DNA of 64,000 nt from an uncultured Gemmatimonadales bacterium. Lineage in GTDB: Bacteria > Gemmatimonadota > Gemmatimonadetes > Longimicrobiales > Gaopeijiaceae. Below are positions 1 to 9,058 of the stretch, piece by piece. The number at the start of each line of letters is the position of its first letter. The stretch's first letter is position 1. The stretch covers positions 384,001-448,000 of the forward strand of contig CAWELD010000010.1 in the NCBI GenBank assembly GCA_963809895.1. The letters are read 5' to 3'. The translations under genes were made by a program, and so were the position numbers. The notes beneath the pieces are model-generated. The model saw only the letters and a list, made by a program, of their open reading frames with translations, was not told the DNA's origin and made no database searches.

Positions 1-688
1 CTCCCGAGACCGTTTCGATCTCGTGGGTGTCTTCCTGATCGAATGCGTGATCCAGCGTCTCCGGGTTGAGGATATCCAACATGTCGGTGCCGAACTGCTT
101 CATCACCGATCGGTTCACTTCGGCGAACTCCACGTGGAGGAGGATCTGCTCCGCTGCCGGCGCCGAAATGTTGTCCACGATGGGCACCTCGAGCGTGTTC
201 GCCAGGTCCAGCGCCTTTCGGCGGACCGCGGGGTCCCGGACCTGGCCTGTGAGCACCACCGTCTGCCCGGTGGAGTTCACCTGGATGTCGTTGTCCGGAA
301 AGAGGTCCACCAGTTGCCGCCTCAGGGACTCGATGTCGGCCGTTACCTCGATGGTGAACAACCTGGGAATGGAACTCGCTCCCCAGAGGATGAGCGTCGT
401 CGTGCCGACGCTGATCGCGTTGACGATCACCTGATTGGGCTGATCGGAAGCGATCTGGACATCCGCGATCTGCGGGTCGGCGATGGAAACCCGCCGCAAG
501 CTGTCCGGGCGCGTGATCACCGCGCTGGACCCTCGAGAAATGGAGATCACACCCTGGACTTCGGTCTGGATCGTCTCCTGACCCCGCAGAGCCTGGGGGG
601 CCATCAGCGGCGCGAGCACGGCCAGGAGCACGGCTGAGGCACCGCGTCTGGCAGCCCGGATTCGCAGGACTTCCCGGATCTCGATCAT
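1..688 (-). CDS. cpaC: Flp/Tad pilus secretin CpaC/RcpA, N-terminal part (runs off the window)
   Basis: Manual translation from ATG 688: signal peptide, then 'ISISRGSSAVITRPDSLRRVSIADPQIADV...VIVNAISVGTTTLILWG', a BON-like segment and 'QILLHVEFAEVNRS'. Lies directly after cpaB. Confidence 0.88.
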   Translation of the reverse strand, partial: MIEIREVLRIRAARRGASAVLLAVLAPLMAPQALRGQETIQTEVQGVISISRGSSAVITRPDSLRRVSIADPQIADVQIASDQPNQVIVNAISVGTTTLILWGASSIPRLFTIEVTADIESLRRQLVDLFPDNDIQVNSTGQTVVLTGQVRDPAVRRKALDLANTLEVPIVDNISAPAAEQILLHVEFAEVNRSVMKQFGTDMLDILNPETLDHAFDQEDTHEIETVSG

Positions 689-739
689 GGATTCACGTGC
701 CTTGTGTTTCGGGAAACGCGTGGGTCGTTCATCGGGTCA

Positions 740-1566
740 TCAGTACGAGATGAGGGTACGCACACCACCCTTGTAGATCTCGATGATGCCCGGGCGGGTC
801 GGAGTGCTCGCGGTGCCCGTGCGGACCGTCCCCGAGGCTCGACGCTCACCGGTCGAGGAGGCCCGAAACCCGCTCACCGGGCGTGTCCACTTCGTCCAGG
901 TCCAGCATGTTGCGGAGCGCCATCTGGATGCGGCCCTGGGTCGATGCAAGAACCAGCTTCTCGGCTTGCTCGGGTGTGACCAGAACCGTCACCACCGTCA
1001 CCGTCATGGGCTTGCCGTCTTCGTCGCGGCGGATCTCCTGCCCTGCCGCCAGAGCACGGATATTCTGGAGAATGACCTTGCTGCGGGCATCGGACGATCC
1101 ACTGGGCGTGATGGTGAGGATCACGTCGACCCGGGTTTGTGGAGTCACGAAGCCCGCTACGCCGACCACTTCGTCCACACGGACGCTGAGCGCACGCATC
1201 CCCGGCGGAATCAAGGGCGGCAATCCGCCGCCTTCCGCGGCATCGGCGAGCTTGGCGTCCAGGATGGGCTCGTTCGTGCGATACTTCGGCCACCAGCCCG
1301 CGGCCCACGACATCGCTCACGGCGCGGGCGTAGCCGTCGGGAACGGCCCCCGCTGGCCAGTCCACCAAGCGGATGTCGTCGTCGGTGATCACCTCGCCCA
1401 GACCCATGTCTCGTGCGGCGATCACGACGGGCAGCGTCGAGCCTCCCGACTCCGCTGCCACCAGCCTCGTGGGTCGTTGGCGCAGGAAGGTGAGAATTGA
1501 ATACCCGGCCACGGCTCCCGAGAGCACCGCGAGCAGGAGAATGAGCGGAAGTCGCTTCGGTCTCAT
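740..1566 (-). CDS. cpaB: Flp pilus assembly protein CpaB (SAF + RcpC), two apparent frameshifts
   Basis: Pieces in three frames: 'VVIAARDMGLGEVIT' (874..1566), 'IPPGMRALSVRVDEVVGVAGFVTPQTRVDVI...IQMALRN' (846..1313) and 'IIEIYKGG' (740..949). Shifts near 1282 and 860. Confidence 0.88.
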
Positions 1567-1582
1567 GGCATCATGCTCCCGG

Positions 1583-1993
1583 CTACTCGTTTCTCATGAC
1601 GATTTCACTGGTCAACGTCAGCACATTGTCTCCCTGAACCAAGGCTACCAGTGCACCGATCCACGCGAGCTGGTAGTCGTACTCGATCTTCACGGTGGTG
1701 GGGTTGCCGGTTCCGGAGCGGAACCCCGTGATGGTGACCGTAGCGGAGTCGATGCTCGCCCTCTGCAGCGCGGCTCCGATGACGGCCCGGACGCTGTCCT
1801 CGCTCACGCCTGTATCGTCGACGACCGCGGTGCGCGCTCCCTCGCGCGCAGCGTCGGTGATCACCTGGAAGACGTTCCAGGCCCGGGCGAAGTCCACCAG
1901 TCCCAGGATCAACATCAGGAGGATGGGGACCACCAGCGCGAACTCCACCAGCGCCTGTCCTCTGCGGCGGTCGCCGCGCCGGGCGCGTCTCAC
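1583..1993 (-). CDS. tadE: TadE-like minor pilin
   Basis: 'RRRGQALVEFALVVPILLMLILGLVDFARAW...DAAREGAR'. GTG start overlaps the cpaA stop. Confidence 0.9.
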   Translation of the reverse strand: MRRARRGDRRRGQALVEFALVVPILLMLILGLVDFARAWNVFQVITDAAREGARTAVVDDTGVSEDSVRAVIGAALQRASIDSATVTITGFRSGTGNPTTVKIEYDYQLAWIGALVALVQGDNVLTLTSEIVMRNE

Positions 1994-2533
1994 CGGAGTC
2001 CCTGGAGCAGTCCAGGGAAGAACCAGGCCGCCAGGCCGCCGACCGCGATGGCGACCCCGTAGGGAACGGGCGAGTGCCCCGACGTGGTAAGCGTCCTCCG
2101 TCGTCCGGCCCGGCCGAAGGTCACCACCCAGACCATCAGGTTCTGGGTCGCCAGCAGGACCGGCCCGATGGTGCCGGTACGGAGGGCCCATGCCAGGGTC
2201 AGCAGCCGCGCCGGCGATGCCGCCGTACAGAGCGGTGAGCACCAGACCCGTCGGGCCGAGGAACGCTCCGACTGCGGCCAGGAGCTTGGCGTCGCCGGCC
2301 CCAAGGGCGCCCAGCGCGAACAATGGAAAGCCGATGCCGAGTCCCAACGCCATCCCCGCCAGTGCCGACAGCGGAAGGCCGTGCGCCTCGAGGATGCCGA
2401 AGGCCAGACCCACCAGTACCCCCGCGCCCGTAAGCACGTTCGGAATACGGCGATCACGGATGTCCAACGCCGCCGCGGTCAGCAGCAGCAGGGTGAAGGC
2501 CGTGAGCTTGATGGACAGGATGGGGCTCGACAT
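1990..2533 (-). CDS. cpaA: A24 prepilin peptidase CpaA/TadV, one apparent frameshift near 2205
   Basis: 'DIRDRRIPN' and 'LGAGDAKLLAAVGAFLG'. The C-terminal 'VPYGVAIAVG' is in the 1990..2457 frame. Confidence 0.88.
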
Positions 2534-2565
2534 TTGGACAGGTGGAAGGAGTCAGAGGGAAGACT

Positions 2566-2602
2566 CAGGACGACCGGGCCCCGACGGGGCCCGGCCATCC
2601 TG
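2566..2602 (-). terminator. 17-bp stem-loop between flp and cpaA (partial terminator or mRNA stabiliser)
   Basis: Minus strand CAGGATGGCCGGGCCCC-GTC-GGGGCCCGGTCGTCCTG. Fully paired when G-U pairs are allowed; no clean U-tract. Confidence 0.65.
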
Positions 2603-2616
2603 AAAAGCAATCCCCG

Positions 2617-2811
2617 TCAGGTCGTTGAGTAGCCGGAACCCGGGGCATTTCCGAGCCTGTCCGAAATGTTCTTGAAGACGTCCCCGATGGCGTCCCGGAA
2701 CACGATGAGGATCGCGATCAGCCCGATGGACACCAGCGCGATGATCAGCGCGTACTCGGTGAGGCCCTGACCCGACTCATCGGTCCAGAACCGCTTCATG
2801 AGATCCTGCAT
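2617..2811 (-). CDS. flp: Flp family type IVb pilin
   Basis: 'DESG/QGLTEYALIIALVSIGLI' Flp motif, 64 aa, AAGGAG RBS. Confidence 0.95.
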   Translation of the reverse strand: MQDLMKRFWTDESGQGLTEYALIIALVSIGLIAILIVFRDAIGDVFKNISDRLGNAPGSGYSTT

Positions 2812-2955
2812 GGTCGCTCCTTTCGGCCCGCGGGCCGAGGTGAATGAGCCCAGGCGACCCTCGTTGGCCGCCCCGTGGCGTGGTCCCGGTCGTCAATTCG
2901 ACCGGACGACAAGGCCCAGCGCCCGTTTCGGGGGGGCCTGTGCTGCCAGGTCGTG

Positions 2956-2973
2956 TATCACGGGGCGTGCCAA
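2956..2973 (-). promoter_or_regulatory. Putative sigma54 -24/-12 promoter of flp (non-canonical -12)
   Basis: TTGGCACG-CCCC-GTGATA: perfect -24 element, GA instead of GC at -12. Confidence 0.55.
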
Positions 2974-2989
2974 GAGGGCGTCAATTCCG

Positions 2990-3002
2990 TAAGTGATTGT
3001 TT
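2990..3002. promoter_or_regulatory. Putative IHF site
   Basis: TAAGTGATTGTTT, one mismatch to YAANNNNTTGATW, in a locally AT-rich patch between the promoter and the enhancer. Confidence 0.45.
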
Positions 3003-3047
3003 TTGCAGTTATTTAGATCGATGGACCGGTTCGCCGGATCGTGGGGC

Positions 3048-3064
3048 TGTAATGCCGCGTTACA
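3048..3064. promoter_or_regulatory. Putative upstream activator sequence for a sigma54 activator
   Basis: Inverted repeat TGTAAT-GCCGC-GTTACA about 110 nt upstream of the predicted start site. A second GTTACA half-site lies at 3083-3088. Confidence 0.5.
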
Positions 3065-3190
3065 CCTCGCCTCCGATCCGGTGTTACAGATGACGGTGCT
3101 TTGACGGCCGCAATGGCTGTTGGTGCGCGAGTCAAGGGTGCATGCGGTGACCCAAGCGGCCCGGGACATCGCCGGGGAGAAGGGGAGGGG

Positions 3191-3706
3191 TCAGATCTCC
3201 GCGCACGCGTGAGGATCGCGGTGTGATTGACCGCGATGCGATCCATGACCTCCCCGTTCTCGCGGACCGTCACGGAGCGGAGGGGAACGAAGCTCGGATT
3301 GGAGTCCAGATAGTCGGACATGCGCTGCTCGTCGGCGATGTTCAGCCGAACGCGGAGTCCCAGGTCACCCAGCCACTCCAACTCCACCTCACGAGACTCT
3401 CGGTGGGACGATGGCGGAGGACAGGGACAGAAAGGGATCCTGTGGCACGATCCACACGATCTGGGAGATTCGGATCGCGAGGTGGGGGAGCGAGCCCTCA
3501 CCGCGACCGTCCAGCCATCGTACCGAGGTGAGGTTGAGGAAGGCCTTTCGAGAGTCGAGAAAGCCGATGAGGGACTGCCCTTCCGCTACGTGCATGACCC
3601 CCTCGAGGGCTCGATTCCCGCGCAGGAGGAGGCGAACGGGGCGCTGGTGCAGGTAGACCCACCGCGGTCGCGGCGGAGTACGGCTCGGGGGCGGGGAGGA
3701 GGGCAT
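3191..3706 (-). CDS. Hypothetical protein with two tandem DUF6812-like (possibly Sm-like) domains, frameshifted
   Basis: Domain 1 'VRLLLRGNRALEGVMHV..SLIGFLD..FLNLTSV..HLAIRISQIVWIVP' and domain 2 'VELEWLGDLGLRVRLNI..RMSDYLD..FVPLRSV..RIAVNHTAIL' are in different frames. The 3' end is inferred. Confidence 0.6.
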
Positions 3707-3723
3707 GGACGGCCTCGGCGAAG

Positions 3724-5103
3724 TCAGGTCACCAGGCGATGACGGTCGATCATACGGTCGAGCCTCGGCCGTGAGATGTCCAGGATGCGCGCCGTGGCGC
3801 TCTTGTTTCCGCCGGTCTGCATCAGGACACGCTGGACATATCGGCGCTCGATGCCTCCAGGCTTCCCCGGTCGTTTCCTCGTCGCTCGGCACGGCCTCGT
3901 GGGCCTCCAACGCGTCACCCGAGAATACCTGGCCCTCGAGACCGCCCACGTCCTTGAAGGTGAGCGCGGGCCCCCGGCACAGGGCGACCGCCCGCGTGAG
4001 GATGTTCTCGAGCTCCCGTACGTTGCCCGGCCAATCGCGTCTCACCAGCTCCGCCATCACGGTCGGGGGCACCACCGGAACCGGGCGACCCAGGGTGTCG
4101 CCGGCCGCGCGCCAGCAGATGGCTGACGAGCAGAGGGATGTCGGAGCGGCGTGCCCGCAGGGGCGGGACGTGAATCTCGATGACCTGAAGTCGGAAGTAG
4201 AGGTCCTCGCGGAACTCCCCTGCTCGTACCAGCTCTTCCAGGGGCTGGTGCGTGGCGGCGATGACCCTGGCCCGCGTCCTTCGCAGATCCTCACCCCCCA
4301 GCCGGTAGAACTCGCGCTCCTGAAGCACGCGGAGGAGCTTCGCCTGGAACGCCAGGCTGGTGTCGCCGATTTCGTCCAGGAAGATGGTGCCGTCGCCAGC
4401 CAGTTCGAAGCGTCCGAGCCGGTCGGCGCTCGCCCCGGTGAATGCGCCCTTCACGTGTCCGAAGAGCTCGGACTCGAGAAGGCTGTCCGGTACCGCCGCG
4501 CAGTTCACCGGGACGAAGGGCTCCGACGCGTAGGCCGAGTTTTCGTGTATGGCGCGAGCCACCAGCTCCTTGCCCGTTCCGGTCTCACCCCGGATCAGCA
4601 CGGCCGCGCGACTCGACGCGAGCGTGCCGACCGTCTTGTAGAGCTCCATCATTACGGGATCCCGCCCGACCAGCCCGCCCGCCGTGCCCTGTAGACAGGG
4701 CGGAGCCGCGCCGTCTTGTTGGGTGCTGCGCTGCTCGGAGAAACAGCGGCGCAGGATGTCGTCGAACTGGTCCAGGTCCAGCGGCTTCACCAGGTAGTCG
4801 TAGGCCCCGTCCTTCATGGCGTCGATGGCGCCCTGGATGCCGGCGAAGCCCGTCACCACGACCACCTCCACCCCGGGGGCGTCGGCTCGGATGCGGCGCA
4901 GGAGCTCGAAGCCCGTCATCTCCGGCATCTGGATGTCCGTGATCACGACCTGGGGTCGGAATTCGTCGATCCGGGCCAAGGCCCGGAGGGCGTCCTCGAC
5001 GGCCATGACCCGGTAGCCCTCGCGGGTCAAGATGTCGCTCCAGTGTGAGGCGGTGCGCCTCGTCGTCTTCCACGAGGAGAATGCGTTGCTCGTGCTCGCT
5101 CAT
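3724..5103 (-). CDS. Sigma54-dependent response regulator (NtrC/AtoC family: REC-AAA+-HTH), about three apparent frameshifts
   Basis: 'RILLVEDD', 'ITDIQMP', 'GETGTGKE', 'ESELFGHVKGAFTGA', 'FLDEIG', 'WPGNVRELEN' and HTH 'GGNKSATARILDISR'. ATGA overlap with the kinase. Confidence 0.92.
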
Positions 5104-6863
5104 GACAACCCGCGCTGTGGTTCGGGGCGAGAAACGGTGCGACCCGCGATGGAACGGTCGGGCCCCACCGTCATCCATTGGGGCAGGTACACGCGTGACG
5201 TCGACACCTGCTCGGAGGCGACCGCGGCAAGGGGCACCTCCACGACGAACTCGGCGCCGCTCTCCGTCTCCGGAAGCTCGGCCAGGTAGAGATCGCCGCC
5301 GCCGTCGCGCATGGTCCGTTGCGCGGCCGCGAGGCCGATTCCAGAGCCATTGCCTTTGGTCGTGAAGAACGGTTGAAAGATCCGGTCTCGGAGCCTGGGC
5401 GGAATGCCGGAGCCGGTGTCTCGCACGTGGATGGCGACATTGGGTCGTCCGTCGCCCGAGACGGCGAGGCGTGACGAGATCACGATGGCGCCGCCTTCGG
5501 GTTGGGCCTCCACGGCGTTTACCAGCAAGTTCATCAGGACGCCCTTGAATTGGCCCGGAACGGCCAGGACCCGGTCGGCCGCGGGATCCAACTCGACGTT
5601 GATGTCCACACCGGCTTCGCGGCACTGTTCAGCCATGAGCTGGACCGCTTCCTCCACGATACCGAGGACGCTCACCTCGACGCGCTGGCCGCCCGAGTTG
5701 GCGCCGAGCCGCAGCACCTGATTGACCGAGCTGGCGAGGCGATCGACCTCACGCAGGCTCAGCTCCATCAGCTCCCGGGAATCCTCGGGGACGCGGCCGT
5801 GACGCAGATCCCTGTCCAGGACCTGGAGGTTCATGCGGATGGAGCTGAGCGGGTTGCGGATCTCGTGGGCCAGGTAGGACGTCAGCCGGCCCACCACTGC
5901 CAAGCGGCCTTCCTGGTCGACGCGTTGGATCATCTGGCGGAGCCGCTCGAGCATCTGGGCGAACGCCATGCTCAGGCGGCCGACCTCATCGTTGCCGGGG
6001 GGCGGTAACCAGGGGTCGAGGTCGCCGTCGCCGATCCGTTCTGCCGCCTCGGTGAGCCTCTCCAGGGACCGGACGAGCTCGCGCAGGAGCACCGAAAAGG
6101 CCAACGCCGTGCTCAGTGTCAGCAGCAGGACGAAGAGCCAGTAGGAGCGCTGGATCTGGTCCAGGGGATCGAGGACCGCCGCCCGGGCCATGGAGGTCGC
6201 GGCGACCCAGGGCCGGTCCGCCAGCGGTTGGAAGCTCGCGAATCGGTCCGCGAAGCCCGAATCGTCCGCGCTCGGTCCCCCGTCCGCCGCCGCGAGCAAC
6301 GCGTGGGCGTTGGACTGGCACGGCGAGGCGAGGACCACGGTCCCGCTGTTGGCGTCGAAGACCGTGTACGTGCGGGACCGGTCTTCCATGGACGGCAGAC
6401 CCAACCCGTCCGGCCATACGCCCGCGCGAATCGAGAGGCGATCAGCCCCCTGCGGGGGTCGTGAGAGCTCGCTCAAAGTGGCGAGGCGGTCGCTTCGGCA
6501 TCGGGTGGCCTCGTCGGGAACGGAGCCCCAGGAGCGAATCACCGTACCGGATCGGAGGATCTGCACGTACGCCAGGGCGTCGGGTGGCAGCCCGAGTTCG
6601 GTCGCCCAGCCGGCGAGCTCGCCCGGCATGGTCGTGAGGGAATCGTCGTGGACCCCAGAGGCGAGGTCGTCGAGGCGATTCTCCACGCGCACGAGCGCCT
6701 GGTCCAACTCCGACGAGAGACGTGAGGCCGAACCGCTCAGGACACCCATCATGACCTGCCCGACCAAGCCTTCCGCCTGGCGTGCGCCGAACGCGGCGAC
6801 GCCCAGGAGCGGAAGGATGGCCAATCCCACGAAAAGCAGGATGATGCGACCCCGAAGGGACAT
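5100..6863 (-). CDS. Membrane sensor histidine kinase (2 TM, HAMP, HisKA, HATPase)
   Basis: 'LAHEIRNPL', 'NLLVNAVEA', 'DTGSGI' and 'FFTTKGNGSGIGL'. A GAGGAG RBS favours ATG 6863 over 6884. Confidence 0.93.
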   Translation of the reverse strand: MSLRGRIILLFVGLAILPLLGVAAFGARQAEGLVGQVMMGVLSGSASRLSSELDQALVRVENRLDDLASGVHDDSLTTMPGELAGWATELGLPPDALAYVQILRSGTVIRSWGSVPDEATRCRSDRLATLSELSRPPQGADRLSIRAGVWPDGLGLPSMEDRSRTYTVFDANSGTVVLASPCQSNAHALLAAADGGPSADDSGFADRFASFQPLADRPWVAATSMARAAVLDPLDQIQRSYWLFVLLLTLSTALAFSVLLRELVRSLERLTEAAERIGDGDLDPWLPPPGNDEVGRLSMAFAQMLERLRQMIQRVDQEGRLAVVGRLTSYLAHEIRNPLSSIRMNLQVLDRDLRHGRVPEDSRELMELSLREVDRLASSVNQVLRLGANSGGQRVEVSVLGIVEEAVQLMAEQCREAGVDINVELDPAADRVLAVPGQFKGVLMNLLVNAVEAQPEGGAIVISSRLAVSGDGRPNVAIHVRDTGSGIPPRLRDRIFQPFFTTKGNGSGIGLAAAQRTMRDGGGDLYLAELPETESGAEFVVEVPLAAVASEQVSTSRVYLPQWMTVGPDRSIAGRTVSRPEPQRGLS

Positions 6864-6915
6864 TGGGCGGGACTCCTCGAACATGCGGACAGGTCATGCG
6901 AGGAACACCCGACCG

Positions 6916-6932
6916 TGGCAACTCCGGTGCCA
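6916..6932 (-). promoter_or_regulatory. Sigma54 promoter of the kinase/regulator operon
   Basis: TGGCACC-GGAG-TTGCCA matches TGGCAC-N5-TTGC about 50 nt upstream of the kinase start. Confidence 0.7.
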
Positions 6933-7130
6933 GGGGCGCCAAGGACCCGTCAAACGTGGCGTTCGCAGGAAAAAGCGGGAACATCTGGCGTCAGCCAGCC
7001 CCGGAAACCGGCAAAATGCCGCGCGAAGTGTAGTGATCACGCCACATTATGTTGCAGTGGGGCGTCGAGTCAAGGATCCTGATTCGGGCGTTTATGCAAG
7101 ATTTCTGCAGAAAGCAGCGTGTCTGACCGC

Positions 7131-7337
7131 CTAGCCCTTCCCACCGTCCAGGAAGGAGCGCCCGTCGGGGTCGGGGGCCGGACGCACCTCGACCAGGTCC
7201 CCACGGACGCGCACCTCGCCGGGAAGCTCCCGGGCCGCGGCCGCCAGCGCCTCGCCGATGTCGGTGGCCTCCACGGCGAAGGTGTGGTAGCGGACCGGAC
7301 GCTCACCGTATCGAACCGTCACCTGATAGCGTTTCAT
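7131..7337 (-). CDS. Small hypothetical protein (68 aa)
   Basis: ATG-started ORF with protein-like composition that fills the gap between the kinase promoter and waaA. Confidence 0.65.
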   Translation of the reverse strand: MKRYQVTVRYGERPVRYHTFAVEATDIGEALAAAARELPGEVRVRGDLVEVRPAPDPDGRSFLDGGKG

Positions 7338-7389
7338 GGCTCGGGCTACCCGGCTTCCCCCCCGGCGTTTCTGCCTCTACACTCCCCCC

Positions 7390-8691
7390 ATGACCTTTGC
7401 CGAAAGCCTCTACCGCGCCGCGCTGGTCACGGTCAGGGTCGGCTCACCTCTGCTGCGTGGGGGCGATTCGAAGCTGGCCAGGGGTCTGCGGGGACGGCGG
7501 GACACGGTGGACCGATTCGCTGCCTGGGCCGCCGAGGCCCGGGACCCGAGCCGCGCCCTGGTGTGGTTCCACGCCCCCTCGGTCGGAGAGGGTCTCCAGG
7601 CCCGGGCCGTTCTGGAGGAGCTCCGTCGGCTCCGTCCGGACGCACAGACGGTGTTCACGCATTTCTCGCCCTCGGCCGAGGCCCTGGCCCGGGCCCTGCC
7701 CGCCGACGTCGCCGACTACCTGCCCTGGGACCTCGGGGGCGACATGCGGCGCATGCTCACTGTCCTGGATCCGGCGCTGATCGCCTTCACCAAGACCGAG
7801 GTGTGGCCCACCCTGTCCGCGCTGGCGGCGCGAGCCGGGGTGCCGACGGCGCTGGTGGCGGCGACGCTCCCGGACGCTTCGTCCCGCCGGGGCCCGCTGG
7901 CGCGCTGGCTGCTCGGTCCTTCGTACCGGCGCCTCGAGGCGGTGCTGGCCATCGCCCGCGAAGACGCCACCAACCTGGAGGCGCTGGGAGCCCGCCCGAC
8001 GGCGCTCCAGGTGACCGGCGACCCCGGGATCGACTCCGCGGCGCAGCGCGCCCAGGCCGCGGATCCCACGAGCCCGTTCCTGGCACCGTTCCTCACCGAC
8101 CCGGCGCCCACGCTCGTCGCGGGCTCGACCTGGGCCGACGACCACGCCGTGCTCGTGCCGGGGGGCTCGATCCTCCGACGTGACACCCCCGATCTGCGCC
8201 TCGTGGTCGCGCCGCACGAGCCCCATGCCGCCGAGGTGCGTGCCGTGAGCCAGGCCCTGGCCGCCGAGGGGTGGCGGGTGTCCACCCTGGGCGAGGTGGA
8301 GGAGCGCGGCGCCGTGGACGACGCCACGGCGGTGGTGGTGGACCGGGTCGGTGTGCTTGCGCATCTCTACACCGTCGCCGCGGTGGCCTACGTCGGCGGG
8401 GGATTCGGCAGCGACGGCCTCCACTCGGTCCTGGAGCCCGCGGCGGCAGGCGTGCCGGTGGCCTTCGGTCCCCATCATGCCAACGCCCGCGCGGCCACGG
8501 ACCTGCTCCGGGAGGGTGGCGGTGCGGAGGTCCACGACCCCGGGTCACTGTCGTCGGCGCTGGGCCGCTGGCTGGCGGACGAGGACGCGCGCATGTCCGC
8601 ATCCGAGGCTGCCCGGGGTTATATTGCACGGCACCGGGGAGCAGCTCTCCGGTGCGCCGAATCGCTGTCCTCTCTCATGCCTTCCGCCTGA
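7390..8691 (+). CDS. waaA: 3-deoxy-D-manno-octulosonic acid (Kdo) transferase
   Basis: 'VWFHAPSVGE', 'FTHFSPS', 'TEVWP', 'VAGSTW' and 'AYVGGGF..GLHSVLEPAAAGVPVAFGP'. TACACT-N6-ATG suggests a leaderless start at 7390. Confidence 0.9.
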   Translation: MTFAESLYRAALVTVRVGSPLLRGGDSKLARGLRGRRDTVDRFAAWAAEARDPSRALVWFHAPSVGEGLQARAVLEELRRLRPDAQTVFTHFSPSAEALARALPADVADYLPWDLGGDMRRMLTVLDPALIAFTKTEVWPTLSALAARAGVPTALVAATLPDASSRRGPLARWLLGPSYRRLEAVLAIAREDATNLEALGARPTALQVTGDPGIDSAAQRAQAADPTSPFLAPFLTDPAPTLVAGSTWADDHAVLVPGGSILRRDTPDLRLVVAPHEPHAAEVRAVSQALAAEGWRVSTLGEVEERGAVDDATAVVVDRVGVLAHLYTVAAVAYVGGGFGSDGLHSVLEPAAAGVPVAFGPHHANARAATDLLREGGGAEVHDPGSLSSALGRWLADEDARMSASEAARGYIARHRGAALRCAESLSSLMPSA

Positions 8692-8707
8692 TCCGTTTCA
8701 AGCCATC

Positions 8708-9058
8708 GTGACCCATTCCGACACCGGTGCCGGCATCCCCGAGATGACGGTCGACGAACTCAAGCAACGCATGGACGAGGAGCAGCCGTTGCTCCTCGTG
8801 GACGTGCGTGAAGCCTTCGAGAGTGAGATCGCGGATCTCCCGGAATACGGGCAACACCGCATTCCGCTGGGGGAATTCCCGGCGCGGCTCCACGAACTGG
8901 ACAAGGACCGGCCGTTGGTCGTGTACTGCCGTACCGGCAACCGCAGCGCCTGGGCGGTCCAGTTCCTGCAGCATCGCGGGTTCGAGAACGTCTGGAACCT
9001 GAGCGGAGGGGTCATGGCATGGCGCGAGGAGGTGGATCCATCGCTCCAGCAGTACTGA
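8708..9058 (+). CDS. Single-domain rhodanese-like sulfurtransferase
   Basis: 'LLVDVRE', 'VVYCRTGNRS' and 'NLSGGVMAWREEVDPSLQQY'. Confidence 0.88.
   Translation: MTHSDTGAGIPEMTVDELKQRMDEEQPLLLVDVREAFESEIADLPEYGQHRIPLGEFPARLHELDKDRPLVVYCRTGNRSAWAVQFLQHRGFENVWNLSGGVMAWREEVDPSLQQY

Noticed and set aside
1583..2533. Apparent prepilin peptidase-TadE fusion ORF (316 aa)
   Set aside because: A frameshift near 2205 creates it. The true cpaA C-terminus ('VPYGVAIAVGG') is in another frame and ends at 1990, overlapping the tadE GTG.
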